Positions 23,210-32,119 of a DNA stretch of 38,762 bases are shown one piece after another; the first letter of the stretch is position 1; every line of letters starts with the position of its first letter. The notes below the pieces were generated by a model. That model ran no database searches and had not been told where the DNA came from. It saw only the letters and a program-made list of their open reading frames with translations. The translations under genes were made by a program, and so were the position numbers. The stretch comes from a virus. The stretch covers positions 1-38,762 of the IMG/VR virus record IMGVR_UViG_3300048905_000063. The stretch is one strand, 5' to 3'.

Positions 23210-23773
23210 ATGCCGACATGTCGGGATATCGTCACGCGCGCCCTCCGCAAAGCCCGCGTCTATGCGGCGGGCGAGGAACCTTCCGCCGAGGATATGGAAG
23301 ACGGGCTGGACGAGTTGCAAAACCTCTATGAGCAATGGGGCGCCAACGGCATGTTTGGTCGCCTCGCCGATGTTTATACCAACAGCGATTACGAGGCACA
23401 GCCCAATGAGCGGGTGACGGTGACGGATAGCGCCGTGGTCACGATCCCGGTGACGGTCAGCGATGATGGGTCAGATTACCCGCCCTACGACATGGCGTTG
23501 GTCGAGGTGGTCGATACGGTTGCCGGGTCGGTCTCGCGCTATCTCTATTCAAACGGCGCATGGGTTTCGATCAGCGACTTATCGCTTGATGACGAGGCGC
23601 CGCTTGCCGGGCGGGGACGGGGTGGACTTAGCGCCTGTCTCGCCATTGCCTTTGCCGAAGAGTTCGGAGCCGAGGTTGGGCAAGGAGTCATTCGCCAAGC
23701 GGGGGCGTTCAAGACCGGACTTTCGCTCAAGATGGGCGGCGATGCCAACCGCACCGCGCCGGACTATTTCTAA
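23210..23773 (+). CDS. Head-to-tail adaptor, P22 gp4-like (tail accessory factor)
   Basis: N-terminus CRDIVTRALRKARVYAAGEEPSAEDMEDGLDELQNLYEQW is typical of gp4-type adaptors. Gene order is gp4/gp10/gp26-like. Confidence 0.5.
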   Translation: MPTCRDIVTRALRKARVYAAGEEPSAEDMEDGLDELQNLYEQWGANGMFGRLADVYTNSDYEAQPNERVTVTDSAVVTIPVTVSDDGSDYPPYDMALVEVVDTVAGSVSRYLYSNGAWVSISDLSLDDEAPLAGRGRGGLSACLAIAFAEEFGAEVGQGVIRQAGAFKTGLSLKMGGDANRTAPDYF

Positions 23774-25150
23774 ATGCCCGCGATCAAATACGGGAGCGGG
23801 AGCTATCGCCGAGACAGAGGGGGGCTTCCCGAGTTCCGCCTCGTCAATATGTTTCTGGAAGCGACGCCCTCGGCTGAAAATGGCGTTGTGCTGCTATCGC
23901 GGCAGGGGTTGACGACTAGCACGACGGTAGGCGCCGGGCCGATCCGGGGTGTATTTAGCGAGCCGGGGACGTTCGGCGGCGACGTGTTCACCGTGTCGGG
24001 CGGCAACCTTTATCGCGGCGCGACCTTGCTCCTGGCGATTGCCGGGACAGGGCCGGTATCGTTCGCCGCCTCGGGGCTTGAACTGCTCGTGACGGCGGGG
24101 ACGACGCTCTACAGCTACAACGGGACCAACACGGTCGCGGTGACGTTTCCCGATAGCGCCAATGTCCGTTCAATCGCCTTTATCAGCGGTCACTTTATCG
24201 CGGTGCGCGACGGCTCGCAAAAATACTACTGGTCGGCGCAGCTGGACGGGCGGTCATGGGATGCGCTCGATTTTGCCTCGGCGGAATCGGAGCCCGACAG
24301 CCTGCTCGACGCTCTTTCAATGCGCGGCAACCTCTATTTGATGGGGCAATCGACGATCGAGCCGTGGTTCTACACGGGAAGCCTCGATCTGCCCTTTTCG
24401 CTGATCCAGCAGCGTCTTTTCCCCAAGGGCGTATTTGCCACGGGCTGCGCGGTCGAAATGGACAATGCGCTGTTCTGGGTCGGATCGGACGGGATTGTCT
24501 ATCGCACGTCGGACGTTCCTGAACGGCTGTCCAATCACGGAATAGAGGAACGGGTCGCCGCTAGTGCAACGGCCTCGGCCTTTGGCTTCATCCAGGAGGG
24601 GCACAGCTTCTTCTGTATGCGCCTTGCCACGGGCACTTATGTTTATGACGCGGCGACAAGCGAGTGGTGCGAGTTCCAGAGCTACGGGCGGGTCAATTTC
24701 GCGGGGCGCTGCGCCACGTCTCAAGGTCGGACGATCCTGCTCGGCGATGACGCGACGGGCAAAATATGGACCTTCTCGGGCTATGCCGACAACGACGTCG
24801 AAATGGTCCGCGAGTTCACCGCTGCTGCACCGATCAAGGGCGGCACGGCGGTCGTCGATAGCTTGGCGGTTGATGTCAGTGTCGGTCACACGACGTTGCT
24901 CACCGGGCAAGGGTCCGATCCCGTCATTGAAATGGCGTTGTCGCGCGATGCTGGGGTGACATGGTCGCCTTGGCGCGCGGCCAAGCTGGGGGCGGTGGGC
25001 AAGTATCGGGCGCGACCTCGCTGGACGCGCCTTGGCATGTTCGATTCTCCGGGTGCTGTGTTTAAGTTTCGGGTGTCCGACCCGGTATCGGTGCGGCTGT
25101 CCAATGTCCTGACCAACGAAGACGGCGGGGGACGCAGTCGTGGTGCTTAA
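23774..25150 (+). CDS. P22 gp10-like tail hub / packaged-DNA stabilisation protein
   Basis: 458 aa. The N-terminus ...LPEFRLVNMFLEATP resembles gp10 DYLPVNML. Position after the gp4-like gene. Confidence 0.55.
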   Translation: MPAIKYGSGSYRRDRGGLPEFRLVNMFLEATPSAENGVVLLSRQGLTTSTTVGAGPIRGVFSEPGTFGGDVFTVSGGNLYRGATLLLAIAGTGPVSFAASGLELLVTAGTTLYSYNGTNTVAVTFPDSANVRSIAFISGHFIAVRDGSQKYYWSAQLDGRSWDALDFASAESEPDSLLDALSMRGNLYLMGQSTIEPWFYTGSLDLPFSLIQQRLFPKGVFATGCAVEMDNALFWVGSDGIVYRTSDVPERLSNHGIEERVAASATASAFGFIQEGHSFFCMRLATGTYVYDAATSEWCEFQSYGRVNFAGRCATSQGRTILLGDDATGKIWTFSGYADNDVEMVREFTAAAPIKGGTAVVDSLAVDVSVGHTTLLTGQGSDPVIEMALSRDAGVTWSPWRAAKLGAVGKYRARPRWTRLGMFDSPGAVFKFRVSDPVSVRLSNVLTNEDGGGRSRGA

Positions 25151-25823
25151 ACTCGAACGCCTCGCGCCCGGCTCGCCGATCACGGGCAAGGATGGCAGCG
25201 CAACGCTTCCGTTCGCGGTGACGTGGCAAAAACTGGTCGAACAGATCGAAGGAGCCTATACCTCGCTGGCCGATCAATTGGCTGCGATTCAGGCCGCGCA
25301 AGACGCTGCCGATGCCGCCAACGCCGCTGCCGCTGCTGCCGATGCTGCCGCAGCCAGCGCGCAGACCTCGGCGGACTCGGCCAACACTGCCGCTTCAACG
25401 GCCAATACAGCGGCAACGACGGCCCAAGCTACTGCGGATGCAGCAGCATTGGCGGCAGCACTGGCTAATAGTTACGTTTCCGGCGCCACGCTCTCGGCGG
25501 CCGACGCCGGGTCAAATGCAACGATCACGATTAGCGGTCACACCCGCTATTATCCGCAAGCGGACGGCTCGATTACCAGCGTATCGGTAACAGGGGGAAG
25601 CCTCACCGGGCTGGCCTATTCGACGCTGTATTATATCTATTATGACCAGCCTTCGCGTGCTGGCGGGGCGGTAACTTATCATTCGACCACGAGCATCACG
25701 ACGGCGGCACAGGTCAACGATCGCCACCTTGTAGGCTCGGTAACAACCCCGGCGGCATTGGCAGCTAACACAAGCGGTTATTACGTCCTTCCGCCCGGCG
25801 TCGGTTCGCTGAACTATTTCTGA
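25140..25823 (+). CDS. Tail needle / fibre-like Ala-rich coiled-coil protein (gp26-like by position)
   Basis: GTG start. AAIQAAQDAADAANAAAAAADAAAASAQTSADSANTAASTANTAATTAQATADAA, then a C-terminal globular domain. Confidence 0.45.
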   Translation: MVLKLERLAPGSPITGKDGSATLPFAVTWQKLVEQIEGAYTSLADQLAAIQAAQDAADAANAAAAAADAAAASAQTSADSANTAASTANTAATTAQATADAAALAAALANSYVSGATLSAADAGSNATITISGHTRYYPQADGSITSVSVTGGSLTGLAYSTLYYIYYDQPSRAGGAVTYHSTTSITTAAQVNDRHLVGSVTTPAALAANTSGYYVLPPGVGSLNYF

Positions 25824-26881
25824 TGAGCTACCTGATCCTCGCCTTGCCGCGCTCGCGCACAACCTGGCTGTCGCGGTTCCTGACCTATGGCGAATGGAGT
25901 TGCGGGCACGAGGAATTGCGGCACCTGCGAAGCCTCGACGATGCCAAAGCGTGGTTTTCTCAGGACTGCACGGGAACGGCGGAAACAGCGGCTGCGCCTT
26001 GGTGGCGGCTACTTGGTAAGTTGGCGCCAGATACGAAGATCGTCCTTATCCGTCGCCCCGTTGGCGAAGTCGTTGACAGCCTCATGGCGCTGCCCCTCCC
26101 GTTCGACCGGGCCACGCTTGAAAAAACGATGGCTTACCACGACCGCAAGCTCGACCAGATCGCGACACGGCTGCCCTGTCTGTCGGTTGATTATGCCGAT
26201 CTTGCCAAGGCCGAAACCTGCAAGGCGGTATTTGAATATTGCCTGCCCTATGACTTTGACGAGGCCCATTGGAAGCGATGGGACGCCGAGAACGTCCAGT
26301 GCGATATGCGCGGGTTGATGCGGTATATGACGGCATACGCTCCCGCTCTGGAGAAACTGGCCAAGGTTGCGAAGCATCAAACGCTGACTGCGATGCGTCT
26401 GCGGCCCCCGGTCGTTGCCGAGGGCATGACGATACAGACCGAAAGTTTCGATAGCTGGATTGCCGGGGCACAGCACCTTTTTGACGAGCACCTGGTGATG
26501 GTCGGCGAGGCGCCGGGCGAATGGGAATCGAAGAACATCCCCTTGCTTCGGCGGATTTACGAAGCGGACGCGATGCAGATCACGACCGCGCGCTGCAACG
26601 GCAAGATGTTCGGTTACCTCGTCACGATCGTCACGCCTTCGCTGGAAAAGGAAGGCCGGACGTGGGCTGCGAATAACACGCACTACGCCTCGCCCGACGT
26701 TCCTGGGCTTGGGCTTAAGCTCCAGCGGGCAAGCATCCGGGCATTGAAGGAACGCGGTGTGTACGAACTGTTCGCACAGGCCGGGGTGCGCGGGTCCGGT
26801 GAACGGATTGCATCAATCTATAAGCGCCTCGGCGCGGCCAATGACGGACAGATGTTCCGCCTCCAACTAGAGGATTGTTGA
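25823..26881 (+). CDS. Sulfotransferase-like P-loop domain fused to a GNAT-like acetyltransferase domain
   Basis: N-terminus LILALPRSRTTWLSRFL (PAPS 5'-phosphosulfate-binding-loop-like) and IRRPVGEVVDS (3'-phosphate motif-like). C-terminus VPGLGLKLQRASIRALKERGV...IASIYKRLGA (GNAT motif A-like). Confidence 0.45.
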   Translation: MSYLILALPRSRTTWLSRFLTYGEWSCGHEELRHLRSLDDAKAWFSQDCTGTAETAAAPWWRLLGKLAPDTKIVLIRRPVGEVVDSLMALPLPFDRATLEKTMAYHDRKLDQIATRLPCLSVDYADLAKAETCKAVFEYCLPYDFDEAHWKRWDAENVQCDMRGLMRYMTAYAPALEKLAKVAKHQTLTAMRLRPPVVAEGMTIQTESFDSWIAGAQHLFDEHLVMVGEAPGEWESKNIPLLRRIYEADAMQITTARCNGKMFGYLVTIVTPSLEKEGRTWAANNTHYASPDVPGLGLKLQRASIRALKERGVYELFAQAGVRGSGERIASIYKRLGAANDGQMFRLQLEDC

Positions 26882-26882
26882 T

Positions 26883-27938
26883 ATGGGTATTGCGGCAGCA
26901 GCCGGAATTACTGCCGTTGCTGCAATCGGCGGCGCGGCGATCAGTTCATCGGCGAGCAAAAAGGCGGCTAATAAGGCGGCGGATGCGGCGACCCAAAACG
27001 CCGAGGCAAGCAACGCGCTGCAATCGCAGATCTACGGCGAGAACAAGGCGCTTCTTTCACCCTACGTCAACCGGGGCAATTCGGCGGGCGATGCGATCAA
27101 CGCGCTGCTCGGGTTGGGCGGGCCTCTAGCCGCCGCTCCCGCGCAAGGAACGCAGCAATATGGCCCGGCAGTCCCCGCCACAACGGGCGGCACTTATGGC
27201 GGCGGCGGGCTGTTCGGCAATGTCCCGGTGAATAGCGGTTTTGGCAACGTCATTGGCGCACTCGGCGGGATGGGCGGGCAGCAACAGGCAGCGAACCAGC
27301 CCCCCTATGTCATGGTGGGCGGGAAAACCTACGCGAACACCGCTGACGCCTTCGCCGATCCCAACGTCACCGCAAACCAGCGACAAGAGTTGATGATGGC
27401 ATTGCAGATGCAGGGCTATCAGCTTCCACAGACCGCGCAACCTGCCGTCCCCGCCGCAAGTTCCGGCACTGGTAGCGCGGCGGCGGGCTCACCCTATGAC
27501 GCGGCATTCAAGAACTATCTCGGTTCGACCGGGTATCAGTTCCAGATCGACCAGGGCAACAAGGGCATCAACCAGGGCTATGCTGCCAAGGGCGCGCTCC
27601 AGTCCGGTGCCGCATTGAAGGCGCTGCAAACCTACGGTCAGAATACCGCGACGGGCTTTTTCAAGGACTATCTCGGGCTGCTGTCAAACCAGCAGGCGGT
27701 CGGACTTTCTGGCGCCGGGGCGGTCGCCGGGGTGGGGACCGGCTATGCGAACAGCGTTAGCGCGAACAACGCCAACGCCTCCAACGCCATCGGTAATGCG
27801 GCACTGGCGAGTGCGAACGGCACGAACAACGCGATTGGCACGGCGGTTGGTGGCATCCAGAGCGCGGCTAATATGTTCGGATCAAGCTATGCTCCCAAGA
27901 ATGCGATGGCACCCATCCCGCCGTGGGCTGAATACTGA
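26883..27938 (+). CDS. Internal virion / ejection protein (Gly/Ala/Gln-rich)
   Basis: N-terminal hydrophobic segment GIAAAAGITAVAAIGGAAI. Position in the ejection-protein block. Confidence 0.5.
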   Translation: MGIAAAAGITAVAAIGGAAISSSASKKAANKAADAATQNAEASNALQSQIYGENKALLSPYVNRGNSAGDAINALLGLGGPLAAAPAQGTQQYGPAVPATTGGTYGGGGLFGNVPVNSGFGNVIGALGGMGGQQQAANQPPYVMVGGKTYANTADAFADPNVTANQRQELMMALQMQGYQLPQTAQPAVPAASSGTGSAAAGSPYDAAFKNYLGSTGYQFQIDQGNKGINQGYAAKGALQSGAALKALQTYGQNTATGFFKDYLGLLSNQQAVGLSGAGAVAGVGTGYANSVSANNANASNAIGNAALASANGTNNAIGTAVGGIQSAANMFGSSYAPKNAMAPIPPWAEY

Positions 27939-28144
27939 TGGACGAGATCGAACGGCTCCAAGCCAAGCTCAAGGCCCGCGAGGGGCAGCCCGGCTTCAAG
28001 GCTAATGTGGAAGCGATCAAGGCCGAGATCGACCGGCTGGAAAGCCTGACCTACCAATACCGGGACAATGCGACGGGGCAATTTGTCACCGCAGAATACG
28101 CCCTCGCCAATCCTGACACGACACACCGGGTGGAGTTGCCATGA
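27938..28144 (+). CDS. Hypothetical coiled-coil protein (68 aa)
   Basis: ATGA overlaps at both ends. Confidence 0.5.
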   Translation: MDEIERLQAKLKAREGQPGFKANVEAIKAEIDRLESLTYQYRDNATGQFVTAEYALANPDTTHRVELP

Positions 28145-29433
28145 GCGAGCTTAATTGGGGCCTGCTGGACCCGAACGCCTATTCGAACGGGGTGGCGCAG
28201 GGTCGCGCCGCACTTGATGCAGTGGGCGCGACTTTCAAACAGCGGGGCATTGACAACGCCCTTCGCCAATATGCGACCAACCCGGATGATCCCAATTCGA
28301 TCAACGCGCTAGCAGCGGTCGATCCGATGTTGGCGATCAAGGCCCGCGCCCAGCAGGCGGAAACGGCAACGGGGCTTCGCAAGGAACACCAAGCGGCCCT
28401 TGAGGCTAACCGCGATAATATCATCCGGGGAGCCCAAATCGTTCGCCAGTTGCAGCCAAAAGATCAGGCGAGTTGGGATCAGGCGCTATCGACCGCGCAA
28501 AACCTCGGGATTGATGTCACCCATGTCCCTCGCAACTGGAACGATCCGGCGACACAGCAATATGCCCAAGGGCTGATTGCTGCGGCGGATGCATTCGAGC
28601 CGCAGAAGCCGGAATCGTCGCCCTATCAGGTTGTCCCCGGCCAGCCCGGCGCTGGCGTCTACCGCTTCGACAAGCGCACAGGCGGCATTACCGAGCTAGT
28701 CCACGCCAACGACGGTTCCGGGGTAACGCCAAGCGCAGCGGCGACAACTGGCGGACCTCCCCCCGCCGCGATTCAGATGCTTCGCTCAAACCCCTCGCTC
28801 GCCGCGCACTTTGACGAGAAATACGGCGCGGGCGCTGCGTCTAGAGTCCTAGGAGGTCAGACGCCCCCCGCGTCTGGTAACTTTTCTCCCTTAGTTCCGG
28901 GGAATATCGACCTTCATCACCGCCCCATCGTCCACAACAAGGATGGTTCGATCTCGACTGTCCGATCGATGTCGTTCGGGACCGACCAAGGCGAAGTCCT
29001 CGTGCCGACCGTTAGTGAAGATGGGCGGATCATGACTGACCGCGAGGCGATGGATGCTTATCGCAAGACCGGCAAGCACCTAGGGATATTCAAGACGCCG
29101 GAAGAGGCTACCGCCTACGCGCAGTCCTTACATGAAGATCAGGCAAAAGAATATCTACCGCAGAGCCGCGCAACTTTCCCTGACCCGTTCAAGGCACCGG
29201 GCACAGTAACGAGCGGACGCCGCACGATCGAAGGTAACAGGGCGGTCGGCGGCGCGCCCCACTCGCATCATCTCGACGGCGATGCGGTCGATTATGTTGG
29301 CACGAGCGAGAATGCGTTGCGCGGCTATTTCGGCCCCCAAGCGCGGTATCTCAACGAAGGCGACCACATTCACGTCACGCTGCCAGGGTATCACAAGGTG
29401 CCTTATTTCGGTCAGCGTGGGTCGAAAGGATAA
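28141..29433 (+). CDS. Internal virion protein with C-terminal M15A (LAS) zinc peptidase domain
   Basis: [29 protein letters not shown] ... GDHIHV matches the SxHxxGxAxD ... H metal-ligand pattern. Confidence 0.7.
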   Translation: MSELNWGLLDPNAYSNGVAQGRAALDAVGATFKQRGIDNALRQYATNPDDPNSINALAAVDPMLAIKARAQQAETATGLRKEHQAALEANRDNIIRGAQIVRQLQPKDQASWDQALSTAQNLGIDVTHVPRNWNDPATQQYAQGLIAAADAFEPQKPESSPYQVVPGQPGAGVYRFDKRTGGITELVHANDGSGVTPSAAATTGGPPPAAIQMLRSNPSLAAHFDEKYGAGAASRVLGGQTPPASGNFSPLVPGNIDLHHRPIVHNKDGSISTVRSMSFGTDQGEVLVPTVSEDGRIMTDREAMDAYRKTGKHLGIFKTPEEATAYAQSLHEDQAKEYLPQSRATFPDPFKAPGTVTSGRRTIEGNRAVGGAPHSHHLDGDAVDYVGTSENALRGYFGPQARYLNEGDHIHVTLPGYHKVPYFGQRGSKG

Positions 29434-29436
29434 TAG

Positions 29437-31956
29437 ATGGCTAATCCGTTCGACGCATTTGATCCGGTCCCGGTGCCAATCCTCGGCGCGCCCAAGCCCG
29501 TCGATCCCTACAAGGCCGAAGACCAGCAGTTGCAACGTGACGCGGCAGACCGTGCGGAACGGGCAGCCGACAGGGCGGACAAGACGGCACAGCGCCAAGC
29601 AGCGGCAGCGGAATTGTCAGCGAAGGCGGCAACCAAGCCGACTGAGTTCCAAGCCAAGTCGGCGGGTTTTCTCGGGCGCATGATGGAGGCGGAAAAAGCC
29701 TTTAGCGCCGTCCCGGAATCAGATCGTGGCGCTCGTTCGCTTCCACGGCAGACGCTTCACAACATGTTGCCGGGGGTGGAAAACACCTTTGTCAATTCCG
29801 CAGACCGGCAGAAGGCCGATCAGGCGCAAGAGAACTTCATCGCGGCATCGCTTCGCCAAGAGTCGGGCGCGGCCATTTCGCCGCAGGAGTTTACGCGCCA
29901 ATACAACATCTTCTTTCCCGCGCCGGGGGACAGTGCGGAAACACTGGCGCAAAAGGCCGATGCCCGCCGCCAGGCAATCGAGGGGTTCAAGATCGCCGCC
30001 GGTCCCTTGGCTGAACAGGCGGCGGGCACGACCCAAACGCCTTTGCCCGATGCGGCTGTGCAGAGCGAATTACAGGCCCGGATTTCGCGCGGCGATGATC
30101 CCAAAGCAACGATTGCCTGGCTTATAGCGGCGGGTCATCCGCCGACTGATGATCAAGCCAAGGCGATCATGCTGAACGCGGGCAACCCCCATCCCGACGT
30201 GCGCCCGCCAGAGCCGCCCGCTGGTGGCGGCGGTGGTGTATGGGGCGAGCTAGGGCAGGCCACAGGCAATGTCGTGTCTGGCATCGCCCAAGGTGTTGCA
30301 GCCTTGCCCGACATGGCGGCGAACGCTGTAGGCGCGACTCTCGCCCTTCCCGCGCAGGCGATGGGCTTCGACCATGCGGCGGACGTGCTACGCCACCCCT
30401 TCACCATCGGGGGGGCAATCGAGCAGGCCAACCCCACGCCGCAGGACGCGGGCGGCAAGACGGCGCGCATCGGGGCACAGTTCCTCGGCGGGGCCATAGG
30501 CTTCCCGCAAAGCGCGGCACAGGCCATTACCAACCGGATCGTGGGCGAAGTACCAAAAGCCATCCCGAATGCGCTGGCGGGCGGCACAGCGCCGATCATG
30601 CGAGCCGCGCAGAGGCAGGGGGTTGAATTGCTCCCCGCCGACGTTGGGGGTGATTTCGTTAAGGGCATGACGAGCGCAGCGGCACAGGCTCCGTTGTCAC
30701 GTGGGTCGATCATGGGCGTATCGCGCCGAGCCGCAACACAGTTGGGCAACGCCGCCCGCCGTACGGCCAACGGGGTCGGAGAAGTCCTACCTCCTGACGA
30801 AGCGGGGGCCGCTATCCGGCGCGGCGGCGAGCAGGTTGTCGCCAAGCAAACCGACCGGGCTTCGCGCTTTTACGAGCGCGCGGGCGAGCAGGCCAAGGGC
30901 GTGACCGTCATTCCCGACGAGGCGATCAAGGTCATCGACGACCAGATTGCCCGCAAGTCGCAGGCGGGCGAAATGTCCAGCGATATTGTCGGCGAGTTGC
31001 AGAAGGTCCGCCGCTCGCTGGCCCAGCCCGGCGGCATGACGGTTGAAGGGCTGCGGCAGGCCCGGACCATCCTCGGCGCGCTGGCAAGGAACGACAAGCT
31101 GCGCGGAACCGACGCCCAGCGCATCTTCGGCAATGCCTTGAACGCTGCCAGCGAGGATATGTCGCGGGCGCTGTCCGAGGCCGGGAAACCGGGAACGGCC
31201 CGCCTGTTCCGCCGTGCCGATGCGCTGTGGAAAGAGCGTATTATGAACATCGACGAAGTGTGGCAGCCGATCATCGGCAAGGCCAAGAGCGGCGAGGATA
31301 TTGTAAATTCGGTCGAAGCGATGGCGCGGGGCAGCCGGGGTGGGGCTATGCGGTTGCAGCGTGTCATGGCTGAAATGCCGGAATCGGAGAAGGGGGACTT
31401 CGTAGCGACCGCGATTGACCGGCTCGGCAAGGCGTCCGCTGGTGCACAGGATGACACGGGTGGCGTCTTTTCGTCCGAAACCTTCCTCACCAACTGGAAC
31501 AAGATGTCCGCCAAGGGAAAGGCGGCGTTGTTCGGCAATAGCGAGACGCGCCGCAATCTTGATGACATCGCCATGATCGCGGCGGGGCGCAGGGGCACGG
31601 CGGCGATTGCGTCCAAGTCGAACACCCCGATTGGTCTGACAGGGAATGTCGGCACGCTGGCTGGGGTTGGCGCGGTCACGAACCCGGCAACGGCGGTCGT
31701 GCTGGGCGGGTTGCAATATGCGACCGGCAAGCTCTTGGCATCGCCGGCCTTCACCAAATGGCTGGCCCGTACTCCTAGAAGCGCGGCGGGGATCGGGCCG
31801 CACATTGCTCGCCTATCCACCATCGCTTCGCAAAACCCGGCGATTGCCGATGACATTGCGCGGTTTCAGCGGATGATCAGCGGGGCGGCGAATGAAAACG
31901 TCGGCGTTGCTGGCCTCGCGGCGTCAGACCCCAGGACCGATGCCAACCGCAAATAG
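29437..31956 (+). CDS. Large internal virion / DNA-ejection protein (839 aa)
   Basis: Size, position and Ala/Gly/Gln-rich helical composition resemble P22 gp20/gp16-type proteins. Confidence 0.55.
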   Translation: MANPFDAFDPVPVPILGAPKPVDPYKAEDQQLQRDAADRAERAADRADKTAQRQAAAAELSAKAATKPTEFQAKSAGFLGRMMEAEKAFSAVPESDRGARSLPRQTLHNMLPGVENTFVNSADRQKADQAQENFIAASLRQESGAAISPQEFTRQYNIFFPAPGDSAETLAQKADARRQAIEGFKIAAGPLAEQAAGTTQTPLPDAAVQSELQARISRGDDPKATIAWLIAAGHPPTDDQAKAIMLNAGNPHPDVRPPEPPAGGGGGVWGELGQATGNVVSGIAQGVAALPDMAANAVGATLALPAQAMGFDHAADVLRHPFTIGGAIEQANPTPQDAGGKTARIGAQFLGGAIGFPQSAAQAITNRIVGEVPKAIPNALAGGTAPIMRAAQRQGVELLPADVGGDFVKGMTSAAAQAPLSRGSIMGVSRRAATQLGNAARRTANGVGEVLPPDEAGAAIRRGGEQVVAKQTDRASRFYERAGEQAKGVTVIPDEAIKVIDDQIARKSQAGEMSSDIVGELQKVRRSLAQPGGMTVEGLRQARTILGALARNDKLRGTDAQRIFGNALNAASEDMSRALSEAGKPGTARLFRRADALWKERIMNIDEVWQPIIGKAKSGEDIVNSVEAMARGSRGGAMRLQRVMAEMPESEKGDFVATAIDRLGKASAGAQDDTGGVFSSETFLTNWNKMSAKGKAALFGNSETRRNLDDIAMIAAGRRGTAAIASKSNTPIGLTGNVGTLAGVGAVTNPATAVVLGGLQYATGKLLASPAFTKWLARTPRSAAGIGPHIARLSTIASQNPAIADDIARFQRMISGAANENVGVAGLAASDPRTDANRK

Positions 31957-32082
31957 TAGAGCGAGCGCGGTTAGCACGCGGAACCGATAGCGCGGCAGTG
32001 CCCACCATATCGCCAAGATAAGCCCAACGGCCTGCCACACCTTCACAAGCCCAACCTAACCCAATTCCCCAATTCCACCAAG

Positions 32083-32104
32083 GCCCTCGTTTTCGGGGGC
32101 TTTT
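32083..32104 (+). terminator. Rho-independent terminator / attenuator just upstream of the tailspike gene
   Basis: GCCCTCG-tttt-CGGGGGC (7-bp stem with one G-U) followed by TTTT. It ends 15 nt before the tailspike ATG. Confidence 0.5.
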
Positions 32105-32119
32105 CCTATTGGAGCCGCC

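Noticed and set aside
25290-25480. GCN-rich low-complexity DNA (gccgatgccgccaacgccgctgccgctgctgcc...)
   Set aside because: It encodes the Ala-rich coiled-coil shaft of the needle/fibre-like protein. It is not a non-coding microsatellite.
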